Part shown: one piece after another, positions 13,111 through 24,760 of the stretch
How the letters are laid out: each line of letters starts with the position of its first letter
Numbering within the stretch: position 1 is the stretch's first letter
Assembly: GCA_036785375.1 (NCBI GenBank)
Contig: JAWMAR010000079.1
Coordinates: 434,001 to 498,000, forward strand
DNA: 64,000 nucleotides
Direction of reading: 5' to 3'
Origin: Leucoraja ocellata
Lineage: Eukaryota
Notes under the pieces: model-generated
Seen by the model: the letters and a program-made list of their open reading frames with translations, nothing else
Databases searched by the model: none
What the model was told of the DNA's origin: nothing
Made by a program: the position numbers and the translations under genes

Positions 13111-13543
13111 CAAACTTCTCAAACTGTAGGTAAATGTGACAGACAAGCAGCCTGACAATGAAGAGTCAGAGTTCTTTCATAGCAAACACTTCTGAGACAC
13201 TGAGTTTTATTTTGGAGAATAATAAAAATGTAGGGGAGTGTAACTGGCCTTAATGGATTGGTTTAGTGGATGCAAAGATTTTAATGCAATAACAAAAAGC
13301 TGTTTAGCGACAGGCATGGATGCTCAAAAGACAATGTCTGCATCCTGCAGTTTATGGAAGTTTGGTGTGGGCAACATTGGCAGGTGTATATATGAACATA
13401 TGAAATGGGAACATAAGTTGACGACCTGGCCCTTCTGCCATTTAAGGAAAGCGTGATATGATTGTTCATTCCATTACAACTGTAACCACATTTCGAATTA
13501 ACTTAATTTGCTATCTGACACTTAAATCTGTGTTTTATTTTAG

Positions 13544-13625
13544 CTATTTCTACATTGAAAGAGGAAAGAACATGTGTGGATTGGCTGCATGTGCATCCTA
13601 CCCCATCCCCCAGCCCCTGAAATGA
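13544..13625 (+). CDS. CTSH: Cathepsin H last coding exon
   Basis: [26 protein letters not shown]; stop TGA at 13623-13625. Confidence 0.96.
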
Positions 13626-14021
13626 GGAATGATCCAGCTGCAACATGGAATCTCAAAAATGGAGTGCTGATTACTGCTTTAGCAAAATGCATTTATATTT
13701 CCAAATCAATTTAGTACTATTTACATTTTTGTAAAAAAAAAAAGAGTTTTCACACGATTTAAGGACTCTTATGAGTGCAAAATAATCTATTGCGTCCAGA
13801 TTTCTAAATTCTTCATGCACTAAAATCAGTCAAACTGGAATCAAATGCATATTTTAAAAAATGAATCTCAACTGACAAATGAATATTGATTTTTTTTTCC
13901 TTAAATCTAAATCCTGACTGACTTGTTGAATGAAAGATTAATAGCAGCAAAGAAGGGACAATGCTACTTAGAAGTCAACAAAACAGAGTAATCTGATCTG
14001 GATTCTGATCAGGATTTAGTA

Positions 14022-14027
14022 AATAAA
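14022..14027 (+). terminator. Candidate polyadenylation signal for CTSH
   Basis: AATAAA about 400 nt downstream of the stop codon; other AATAAA copies lie further downstream. Confidence 0.4.
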
Positions 14028-14919
14028 ACCTAAGATTTAAAAAAGTGTTCTAAATTTGAAGCACAATTAAGAGCTGTTTGAAATCGACAACAAAATCGCA
14101 AAAAGCACGAGAAGAGCAAAAGCACTTTAAAGTTTCAGATGTAAACCTGTTAACAGAACTGGAAAAGAGGGGTGACATAACCCACTTCATGAAACTTTCA
14201 AGGAGAGAATGCCAAAGGTATGGGATGAGAGCACACACAAAAATCAGTATAACAAGTAATATAAGCATTTTTAATCATTCCTGTAGTTCCTTTCTCTAAC
14301 CAAGCAGCAACCAAACCCCAAATAAAAATTACCCTGCTCGCACACTTTCAACAACCAATTAAAGAAAATCTTAAAAAGGAAGGAACCTTTATAAAACTAA
14401 ATAGTTAGATTTTAAATCAAAAAGCAAAATATTTCAGGTTAAAAATCTGAAATAAAAATGGAAAATGCTGGAAATTCACAGGTCAGGGGAAATGTACAGG
14501 ATTAATGTTTTGGGTTGGTTATGTTAGAACCATCAGAATCTTGTTACCCTTGTTGACCATACTTTAAATCCTCCATTATCCAATGGTTGTGAGATTCGAG
14601 TTTCATGGTGGACTTCATGTCGTCTCCCCAAACTAATTTGTCATGAAAGAGGGGTAGGAATTTGAGTGTCCCACAAACAAAAAGCCTGTGAACAGAAACA
14701 TTAGGCAGTACATGAATGCCACTTTAATCAATTGATAACTAATTTGTTGTAGATTTCGTGCATTTTCTGTTTTTATTTTCAAATGCAAAATGTGAACCAC
14801 ATTTACACTGCAAATACTCTTGCTGTGTGTGGCAAGAAAAGCATACATTTACATTTGCTGTAATTTGATCATAAAGCCAGTTTGCTATTCTGTTTCAATC
14901 GCAGCTTCCAATCAGTCAT

Positions 14920-15113
14920 GCAGAAAGGAACTGCAGATGCTGATTTACACCGAAGATGACACAAAATGCTGGAGTATCGCAGAGGGACAGGCAGCATCTC
15001 TGGAGAGAAGAAATGGGTGACTTCTGAAGAAGGGTCTCAACAGGAAAAGTCACTTATTCCTTCACTCCAGAAATGCTGCCTGTCCCGCTGAGTTACTCCA
15101 GCATTTTGTGTCT
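14920..15113. mobile_element. Penelope-derived palindromic short element (subfamily B)
   Basis: Inverted arms gacacaaaatgctggagt...gggtgac / ctgaagaagggtctc...ccagcattttgtgtc. Confidence 0.75.
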
Positions 15114-15799
15114 ATGCAGGATACCTTAATGTTTGCTGTTAGTTATATTCATTAGTTGAAAGATTACAGGCTAGAATCTTGACTCAAAATTGCTTTTATT
15201 GAAATGCTTAAGAACAGTGACCAGAGGAATCAATTCAACCAATTGAGGCTTTTGATTTAAGCTTGATCTATATTAGTTCCAACTTGCTTCAATAACACTT
15301 AATATCCTTCATTAATACATCAATTTAAGATTTACATTTTCAATTGACTTCTATGCTCTGCATCTTTTAAAAAGGGTGAGTTTCTAAGACCTGCTTAATG
15401 CTTTCACAGTTATCCTCAAGCAGAGTTTTAATTGTTAAGTATTTTTATGCGAATCATATTTCTTTCACAGAAATAAAGATTGTATCTTTTTGAGAACGTG
15501 CTGGGTTTTTTTTCATGCATGAAATGGCATTGTCATTATGTTAAAGTTTATATTTCCAGCAATTGTTATTTAATGTTTATATTTTTATTGTTCAGTCAAC
15601 AAATGGAAAGCATTTTCAATTTCAATTCTGCAAGTTTTATGCAGAGTTTTCCCTAATTTGTACCAACAGTGTATTGTAATTCCTACCTCAAAACATTGTG
15701 ACTTTCCAGTTTTCTATACAACTATTTGTGTTCTCTGCAAATATGTTGATGATGCTGCTGTGAAGAATTATGAAAGTCCTGATATACAACCATCAAGAG

Positions 15800-17150
15800 T
15801 GTTTAATTGTCAAATGTCCTTGCAACAGAACAATGAAATTCTTACTTGCTGCAGCTTAACAGGCCCATAAATGCAATTACACAAAATATATAATAATCAA
15901 AATACATTAAAGTAAATGACTGTAATACTAGGCAATCATCAGTGCAAAAGACCAAAGTCCACAATTCAACCAAAGACAGTCCATAGAAGATCATAGTTGC
16001 TGAGGTTAGTGTTGTGTAGTGTTCAAGATCCTGATAGTTGCTCGGAAGAAGCTGTTTTTGAACCTGGTGTTCATGGACCCTTTTCCTGATAATAGGAGCA
16101 AAATGAGAGCATGTCGGGGTGGTGTGGGTCTTTGGTGATATTGGCTACTTTTTTTGAGGTAACTCCTCTAGATCCGTTCGATGGTGGAGCGGTCCACACC
16201 GGTGATGGACTAGGACTGTTCATCATTCTCTGTAGTCTCCTTTGTTCCTGGGGTTTCCCGGGCGAACCAGACTGTGATGCAACCAGTAGGTTTGCTCTCT
16301 ACCATACACCAATAGAAGTTTGATAAAGTATTTTTTTTGACAAATGTAATCTCTTCAATCTTCTAAGTAACTAGAGGCGTGTTGAGCTTTCTCTATCATT
16401 GCATCATTGTTCTACACCCACGACACAACTTTGGACATAAGCATGCCCAAGACTTTAGTTTAAAGATACAGCATTAAAACAGGCCAATCAGCCCACTGAA
16501 TCCATGCTGACCCTAGTTCCAAGTTATTCCATTTTCTAATCCACTCTTCAAACACTGGGAGCAATTAACAGAGGCCAATTAGCCTACAAACCCACACGTC
16601 TTTGGGATGTGGAAGGAAACGAGCACCTAGAGGAAATTCATTCGGTCACAAGGAGAATGTGCAAATTCCATACAGATAGCACCAAGGTCAGGATCAAACC
16701 TGTGTCTCTGGCACTGTAAGGCAGCAGCTCAACAGCTGTGCCACTTGAAGCTATTGATTCTGTCCACCACCGACCCATTGATAAAGGCAGATTCGTGGAT
16801 CCCCAGCTTGTTGCTCCTGAAGGCAACAATCAGCACCTTGGTCTTGTTAACATTGCAAGCAAGATTCTTGTTATGGAATCTCATCTTATTCAATGAGATT
16901 ATCAATCTCCCTTCTGTACTCTGTCTCATTGTTACCCATTATTTGTGCAACAGTGATATCATGAGTGAATTTAAAGATGGTGTTGGAGCTGTGTCTAGCT
17001 ACGGAATTATGGGTATAAAAAGAGCAGGGCACTGAGCACACAGCCTTGAGCTGATCCTGTGTTGATGGTTATCGAGGAGGAAGTGCTGTTGCCAATTTGT
17101 ACCAATTGCGGTCTGTTGATGAAGAAATTGAACATCCAATTACACAGGAA
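15800..17150 (-). mobile_element. Rex1/Babar-like LINE fragment interrupted by a V-SINE at about 16455-16745
   Basis: Minus-strand remnants TGSAQGCVLSALL and LCNWMFNF; SINE nested inside. Confidence 0.65.
16455..16745 (-). mobile_element. V-SINE (HE1-like)
   Basis: tRNA-like head (GGCACAGCTGTTGAG, GGTTTGATCC on the minus strand) plus V-domain. Confidence 0.78.
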
Positions 17151-17474
17151 TAATTTTAATTTAATTGATTTACAATGAATTTTCTCAATGCAACTAATAA
17201 CCATCTGCACTTCAACATAGCTAAGAACACACAAATAACTTTTACAATTAAATTTCTAATTTTGCCTCCAAAGATAAGCTTTTTTGAGGATGAATTTCAG
17301 GAAACTGCATTTTGCACAAATTACAATTCTATTGAAAGCAAAAATACAACACCATTAGTTAATAGCTTTATTCTGATTTTTTTTTCACTATCAACCATGA
17401 CTTGTATAAAATTACCTAAGTCTCACCCCAGAACACTTGGAATAAAAACCCTGACTGACACAGTACAGAAAGAA

Positions 17475-17647
17475 TGCTGAACTGTCAGAGATGCCCTCTT
17501 TCAGCCGAGATATTAAGCTGCCCTCATGGTGAACACAGCATTACTTCATAGAAGACGTCCCATGGATGTGGGCCAAACGCCAAACATCCATCAAGGACAG
17601 TATCTGGGAAGCGATGTTTGTGGGAGCTTGCTATGTATAAATTGGCA
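17475..17647 (+). mobile_element. Ancient Deu-domain SINE-like remnant (related pieces at 40390-40620 and 50985-51090)
   Basis: ctgtcagagatgccctctttcag...tgtttgtgggagcttgct...aaattggc resembles the AmnSINE1/SacSINE1 core, recalled from memory. Confidence 0.5.
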
Positions 17648-17855
17648 AAAAAAGCTTGCTTGTCAGGTTGGGCCAAAGGGCGTGTTTCCATTCTGTTTAG
17701 ACTATGATTCGAATTCCTTTTTCACTAACTTAACGTATGAACTGGAGGTAGACAAAAATGCTGGAGAAACTCAGCGGGTGAGGCAGCATCTGTGGAGGGG
17801 AGGAAACTGATTGTCTACCTCCAGTTCATACGTTGTTAAGTTAGTGAACAACAGT

Positions 17856-17985
17856 CTGAAGAAGGGTTTCGGCCTGAAACGTTGCCTATTTCCTTCGCTC
17901 CATAGATGCTGCTGCACCCGCTGAGTTTCTCCAGCATTTTTGTGTACCTTCGATTTTTCAACATCTGCAGTTCCTTCTGAAACAC
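17856..17985 (+). mobile_element. Penelope-derived short element (subfamily A) with hammerhead-like core
   Basis: CTGAAGA-A-GGGT-TTCG-GCCT-GAAAC-GTT. Confidence 0.75.
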
Positions 17986-18279
17986 AAGGAATTAGAATCA
18001 TAGAGTCTAAACAGAATGGAAACACGCCCTTTTGCCCAACCTGACATACCGAGCAAGATGCCCCATCTACACTAGTCCCATGTCCCTTTAAACTTTCTCC
18101 ATCCATCTTCTACCTGTGCAAATATCCTTCAATTGTTGTTATGGTACCTGCCTCATCTACCTCCTCTGGCAGCTTGCTCCATATATCGACCATCTGTGTG
18201 GAAAATGTCCCTCTTGAGATTGTTTAACCCATTGATTATCCTATAGGATCTTTGGTTTAGCCTTTGGTGGTCTGTTTCC

Positions 18280-18530
18280 TCCTGGCGTCATTTCTTTATC
18301 CTGCCCGCTGGGGGGCGAGAGAGAGCGAGCGAGCGAGCGCTCCGACGCACTTCCTGGACACGGCGGAGGAGCGGGCGCGGGAATTTGATCGCTGGAGAGA
18401 GGTCGTGGGCACCGGGCCTAGCGGGGAACACCGGGCTGTCGATTTGCAGGCGTTGCAGCTTCTGCAGCTTCAGCTGAGATGCGGTGTGGAGGTAAGTTTT
18501 TAATTCTTGCGGACAGCAGCGGGCGGGTAA
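18280..18530 (+). promoter_or_regulatory. BLM: BLM CpG-rich promoter and probable non-coding exon 1 (donor after 18491)
   Basis: Local CpG/GC enrichment. ETS-like CACTTCCTG at 18348-18356, E2F-like GCGCGGGAA at 18375-18383 abutting CHR-like TTTGAT, strong donor GAG|gtaagt. The first coding exon has an acceptor 1 nt before its ATG, which requires an upstream exon. Confidence 0.75.
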
Positions 18531-18544
18531 ACAAGCAGCAAGCT

Positions 18545-18739
18545 CACAAAAAGCTGGAGTAACTCACTCAGTCAGCGGGCCAGGCAGCATCTCTGGAGAG
18601 AATGAATGGGTGGCATTTCAGGTCGAGACCCTTCATCAGCCTGAAGACGGATCTCGATCCGATCCCTTCTCTCCAGAGTTACTCCAGCTTTTTGTGTCTA
18701 TCTTCGGTGGAATCCAGCATCTGCTGTTCCTTCGCACAC
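18545..18739. mobile_element. Penelope-derived palindromic short element in BLM intron 1
   Basis: Inverted arms around cttcatcag/cctgaaga. Confidence 0.7.
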
Positions 18740-19199
18740 AGCAAGACACCCTGGTCTCTGCAGGGCCTGCGAGGAATAAATAAGGTTAACTACCCTTTGT
18801 TTTATTATTTAAAAAAGAGCATTTATTAGCTGGTCAGTTAGCTCTTTTTCTTTTCACAGAGCGTGGTGTGTATTTGAAACAAACTCCCAGAGGAAGTGGT
18901 AGTGTCAGGTACAATTAAGGCATTTAAAAGGTGCTCGGATAGGTACATGCATAGAAAAGGATTGACAGAAGATGGACCAGCTGCAGGCAAGAGAGACTGG
19001 CTCAGTTGAAGTTAAGCAACTTATTCAACATGGATACTTTGGGCCGAAGGGGCTGTTTCCGTGCTGTATAACTCTCTGACTCTGAGCATGGATTCCTCAC
19101 CACTGCATGTCTCGTCCTGTATTATGTGATTTAATCATTGAAATAAGCCTTGAAATCTAAATCTGCATGTAGCTGTAGAGAAATGACATTCAGACTAAA

Positions 19200-19402
19200 T
19201 GTGTAGGAAGGAACTGCAGATGCTGGTTTAAACCGAAGATAGACACAAAAATCTGGAGTAACTCAGCAGGTCAAACGGAATTTCTGGAGAAAAGGAATAT
19301 GTGATGTTTTGGGTCTGAAGACGGTTCTCGACACTAAACATCAACTATTCCTTTTCTCCAAAGATGCCCTCTGACCCACTGAGTTCCTCCAGCTTTTTGT
19401 GA
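19200..19402. mobile_element. Penelope-derived palindromic short element
   Basis: gtgtaggaaggaactgcagatgctgg...ctgaagacggttctcgac...ccagctttttgtg; flanked by gacattcaga repeats. Confidence 0.7.
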
Positions 19403-20162
19403 CATTCAGATTATCTGTTCAAATCTAAAGCTATAGAATTCTGACTTGGTGGTGATTAAACTCATCATCTACAGTTTGATTGGAGTTCTGTGAGACTCTC
19501 TCTGACTGCATCTTTTCTGTGATTCCTACTGTTCTCCTGCTCCTTGACCATGTTCTTACCTAGACTTGCTCCTTCCACAGTTCTTTGCTGGCATCTTATT
19601 CCACAAGGATTTCCAGGTGTTCTGGTTCATGCCCAGTCAGTATCTAAACGTCTTCTACCGAATATCCCTCCCTTTGGATTATATTTTACTCCGTTCCATC
19701 CTTATCAGATTTCACCCTTTTGTCTTCCCCACTTATTACCCTTAGCTTTGGTTACGATCTCCACACTTTTCTCTCCCACCTCACTCATCTGTAAATCCAC
19801 CTATTACTTGCTAACTCTTTCCCCACCTGTGCCTCTCGCCTCATTCTATCAGTTATTACTTGTCTACTCCATCAGGTTGAAGAAGGGTCCTGACTCCAAC
19901 TGTCATCTGTCCATTTCCCTTGAAGATGCTGCCTGAGTTCCTCCAGCTGTGTTTTTTGCTTAATTTAGAGAGTACAGTGCTTGGAAAATGGTAAAAAACC
20001 AGATGGAAGTTCAGTTGCTTGGTCAAATTTCTGCATTGTGATACAAATCCTCGGCTAGCAATTTTGGTAAACACCTGGATGTGATTACCAAAGTGTAAAA
20101 TAAGCCAAACTCTAAAAATGTGATCACAAATTATTCTTATTTGATTTGATTTGTTCTGCAGA

Positions 20163-20260
20163 ATGACTTGCTTACCACAGAACAACCTCCAGAAACAACT
20201 GGAGCTTCACTCAGAGAAAGGAGTCCAAAATAAACTTTCACTGGGGAAGAGCAAACAAGG
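20163..20260 (+). CDS. BLM: BLM exon 2 (start codon)
   Basis: MTCLPQNNLQKQLELHSEKGVQNKLSLGKSKQG matches the BLM N-terminal PQNNLQxQL motif; |gtaagt. Confidence 0.95.
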
Positions 20261-20342
20261 GTAAGTAGTAAAAATATTAATTAATTAACTATTAATTTCA
20301 AAGCAATATTTATATCTGACTGCCCTCCATGCAGTTCTGAAT

Positions 20343-20660
20343 TTAGTTTAATTTAAAGATTCAGCATGGAAACAGGCCCTTTGGCCCATCAAGTACACAT
20401 CGACCATCGATCACCCAAACACACTGGTTCTATGTTCTCCCGCTTTCACATGCAACCCCTACACATTAGTGGCAATTTACAGAGGGCAATTAACCTACAA
20501 AGCCGTACGTCTTTGGGATTTGGGAGGAAACCAGAGCACCTGGAGGAAACCCATATGGTCACAGGGAGAACGCGCAAACTCCACACAGAAAGCACTTGCG
20601 ATCAGGATTGAACCCGGGTCTCTGGAGCCGTGAGGCAGCAGCTCTACCTGCCTTGTGACC
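20343..20660 (-). mobile_element. V-SINE (HE1-like), nearly full length, in BLM intron 2
   Basis: Minus-strand box B GGTTCAATCC, V-domain, taaac-type tail. Confidence 0.82.
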
Positions 20661-20803
20661 TGCCTACACTGCCTGTGCAGTCCTAACACTACTCTACTGT
20701 GCTGCCCTGATTTATTCCTCACAAGCACTCTTTGCTGACTTGCCATAAAGCAAAGCAAGTCTCCAAATAGTACTAACTTTTCAATGCAATTTATCATTTA
20801 CAG

Positions 20804-21570
20804 GGCATTCACATTTAAGAAGGTTCACCCCGGTACTGTTGGAACTCCCAGTCTACAGAGATTTACCAGCACCAGTGCTCTCAAGGACAGAGATGTCAAT
20901 GTTTTCAAACAAGCAACCGTGAGTAAGCCTGAATCAAAACCACGTTCACCAATACCTAATGAACAACCGCTCAAAATCAAGAACTTTTTTGAACATGCTG
21001 CCAAGCAGTTGGATTCAACATCCCGATTTGCTGCATCTTTGACAACATCCCCATCTCTGAGGCAAACTGCAACAGCTGCCCTGATTTCTAAGAAGCTTGA
21101 TCCAGATGAGTCCTCAGGCTCTGTTATCAGCCTGGATGATTGGGATGATCTGGAAGACTTTGAAACCCCAAAGAAAGAAAAAAGTGGTTTGAAATCAAGT
21201 TTGTCCTCGAGCACAGAACAGTCAACACAGGAATCAAATAAAGTGAAACATTCAAACACCAGTGGATTGACTTCACCCAAAGATCTAAATGGAGGTGATC
21301 GTAATGTGAAACATGTCAATGGAGAACAGAATTTGTCTTTCCTCACCAAGGAGAATACAATTGTTCAGTCTCCAAGGAATTGCTTTACAGAGTCAAAGCA
21401 GGTTAACAACCTTGAAATCTGCCTGGTCAGTTCTCGGGAGCTTCCCCACTGTGAGGATGAAGATTACACCAGGTCTTTTTCTCCAAAGAAGAACAGGTCT
21501 TCAGGCCCAAGGATCATCTTAAGTGACGATGACTCGGATGGCATTGGGAAGGAGGATATAGAAGAGAAAA
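20804..21570 (+). CDS. BLM: BLM exon 3 (disordered N-terminal region)
   Basis: Inside ORF 20784..21605; AFTFKK...SLDDWDDLEDFET; cag| and |gtaaga; phases consistent. Confidence 0.93.
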
Positions 21571-22878
21571 GTAAGAGTTATTGGGTTTGTTATGATTTGT
21601 CTTAAATTTAATAAATTTCTTAAACGAGACACTAGTAAAAGATTAGAGGCTCTGGGGTACCAAGAGGATGATAATTATTTGCCACAGTAACCCAGTTTTT
21701 AATGTCTCTTGTAAATGCAGTAAATAGCTCATCCATAGTGACTCCTTGGATATTAGTGATGAGTTTTCAGCAGTGGTTATGCCATTAAATGTCAACTGTG
21801 GGTGGTTAGATGCCCTCTGGTTGGAAATGGTAATTGTCTGTCACTGGTGTGGTCTGAATGTTACTTGCCATTTATCAGGTCAACGCTGAATATTTTCCGT
21901 GTAGGCAATGGCTGTTTCATTTGCTGAGGAGTTGCAAATTGAATTGAACATTGTGCAGTCATCAGTGAACATTCCAACTTCAGATCTTCTGGTGGAAGGG
22001 AGGTCATTGAAGAAGCAGTTGAATGTGGTTGAGCCTAGGAGATAATCGTGAGAAACTCCTGCAATGATATCCTCGAGCTGGGCTGACAGCCACAGTCATT
22101 CCCTTTGCGTGAGATATAACTCCAACCATTGGAACATTTTCCATTTTGATGCCTATTGACTTCATTTTTTATCAGAGCACCTTAATACCACACTACCGCA
22201 TTGATATCAGGGGGAGTCACTCTTACCACATCTTTAGAATTCCACATTACGGAATGTAAAAATTAATGATAAAAATAAGGATGAAATAAATAGGAAGATC
22301 AGGCCTGTGGTACCTCCACCATCATCACCATTACATTGACCTGTTCTGTTAATTAATATAATGCCATAAGACCATTAATTTCCTGCCTGGTCTCCACATA
22401 TCCAACAATCCATTCATTTTAGCCTTCAATAGTAGCTGTGCGTCCTGGGGTAAAGAATTACAAAGGTTTACTGTTCCCTGAGTGAATAGATTTTTTTAGT
22501 CATCATTCCTAAATGGCCAGTCTGGAGATTACAGCACCTAGACTCTCATCATAAGGAAATGGTAGCCTCTGACATCTGCCTGAGAATCATTGTACATTTC
22601 AATGAAATTGCTTTTCGTCTTCTAAAATCCAATAATTGTGAGCTCATCATCCTCTTGTTGTCATTTTTAGAACAATCACATCTGGAATCCACATTGCACA
22701 TTCCCCATGGCAAATATAACCTTATTTTCGAGATCAGGACTGTAAACAATTATCCAGATATGATCTTAAAGCCCTTGATCGGAAGACATCCTTGCCGTCT
22801 CCTCTAGCCCTATATAATAAGGACATTCATATTCCTAATTACTTACTTTATCTACTTTATAACTTTCTGCAACTGTAG

Positions 22879-23050
22879 TTGACCTTACAGATGCTGACAG
22901 CCCTCGGAGCAGCCAGCCACAACTTGATGCCATTTTCACTGAGGGCAGAAACCCCGATCACCTGGAGAATGAGGACTGTGAAATTGATTTTATTCCACCA
23001 TCCCCTGAAAGTGATCAGGCATCTCTGCCATCCTTCCTCAATTGTCTCAG
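22879..23050 (+). CDS. BLM: BLM exon 4
   Basis: ...EDCEIDFIPPSPES...; BLM DFxPPSPE motif; a second in-frame acceptor would start the exon at 22891. Confidence 0.85.
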
Positions 23051-23699
23051 GTTTGTTTGTACAAGTGATTTTATTTTACATTGAAGATTATGTAGGAGAC
23101 TGTTTAATGCCATCCTGTGGATGAATGTGTATTTTATTTCTGTCACTGTCCATGGGAAGATCATCGTGAGTAACTGTAGGTAGAAGTTTAACAGGTCAGA
23201 ATTTGGTTCCCAGTTAAGTAAGTTTAATATTGTTCACTGTTACTTGTATCCAGTGTGCAAGAAAGAATGAACTGCAAATTGCTACGTTCCATAATGGTCT
23301 GCCGTTAATCTTCTGAAAGTTAAACTTAGTTCTATCCTTCCCCTGGGATCTTATGATTTGCTATAATTGTAATATTAATTTTGTAATGCAGCTGAGAACC
23401 AATCTGAAAAGTGAACAACTGAACTTGCAGCCAGTCAATCCTGCAGGTAGTGAATTGTTCTCAAGAGGTTTTTTTTCTTACTTTTTTTCATGTTTTTGCT
23501 TCATCAATCTGGTATGACTTTATAATATTCTAAACTTGATTTAGCTCCAATCCATTTCTTTCTCTCGTCTTATTTATTTTTCTCACTGATTCGGAAGATG
23601 CACCTTATGTTTCACCAATCAGGATGGCTCCAGTTGGCCTGTGTAGTTTGAGTTATTGCATTGCACATGAATGATATTTGAGCTGCAGCTGGATCTTAA

Positions 23700-24760
23700 T
23701 CTTTGGAATGGCCCTCTTTAGTGAAATCACTGCCAATCTTTACATCCAATTGTAACTTTCTAATCTACCTTATCTCACTTGTTCTGCATTGAAGTCATCA
23801 TTAACATAACGAATTTGCCATTCAGGTTTATCCCATCTTTGATTTGGTAATAGGAGTTGTGGATTGATAATGGGGAGTTGATTGCCTGGTTTGAAGGCTG
23901 TTTGATCAGTGGTGTACTTTGAGAATCTACCTGTGACTGTTTGTTGTAGACATTAATAACTTGGATGTGAATGTACAAGGTATCATTAATAAGTTTGCAG
24001 ATGATATGAAAATGTATGGTATTGTTGTTAGTGAAGCGTGTAATCTTTGGCTACAAATGATTATCAGTTGGTATGTTGGCTAAGCAGTGGCAGGTGGAAT
24101 TTAATTCTGAAAAGTGACGCATTTTGAGAGAACTAATAATGCTGGGCTATACAAAAAAAATGGGAAGTCCCTGGGGAATATTGAGGAACAGAGGGATCTT
24201 GATATACAAATCCAAAAGCCCATGAAGCTGGCAGAATGGACGGAAGAGGTAATTAAGAGGCCATATGTGATACTTGGTTTCGTTAAGACGGGGCATAGAA
24301 TAGAAAAGCACAGTAATTACAACTATGTAAAATATTGGTACAGCCAAAACAGAGTACTCTGGGTTGAAGTATTTCAGTTACAAGGAAAGACCAGGTGGGC
24401 TGTGTTTACTTTCTTGGGGAAGAGGAGATTAAGAAGTCCTGATTGAGGTATACAAGATTATAGACAGGCTTGATAGTACAAAGAGAAGCTTTTCCCCACA
24501 GCAGAGGTGTAAGAAACAAGAGGGTGTGGGTTTAAGGCAAGGAGTCGAGGATTTAAGGGACCCCAGTATTTCATCACCCCCAGGGTAGCATAAATTTGGA
24601 ATACTTTGCCTCAAGGGTGGTGAAGATAGGAAGATACTCTCAGAATATCTTGATCTGCACCTGAACACTGGACCAAATGCTTGAAAATGGGATTGGTACA
24701 GATGCATGCCTGATGGTGGAGATGCTGGGTCAAATGGCCTTTTTCTAATCTTGTATGACT
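23700..24760 (+). mobile_element. Decayed CR1-type LINE
   Basis: aagtttgcagatgat (KFADD RT motif) near 23991, EEQRDL and a 3' tail. Confidence 0.7.

Noticed and set aside
20600-20660. tRNA gene (box A/B-like motifs; also near 29290 and 59020)
   Set aside because: These are tRNA-derived SINE heads with no complete cloverleaf.
20825-21349. 174-aa antisense ORF
   Set aside because: Shadow of BLM exon 3 with no independent evidence.
23392-23446. Exon-like segment (tgcag|...cag|gtag) in BLM intron 4
   Set aside because: Its phase is incompatible with exon 4 and gives an immediate TGA, while 26806-26903 bridges the frame correctly. Only RNA-seq could rescue it as a poison exon.
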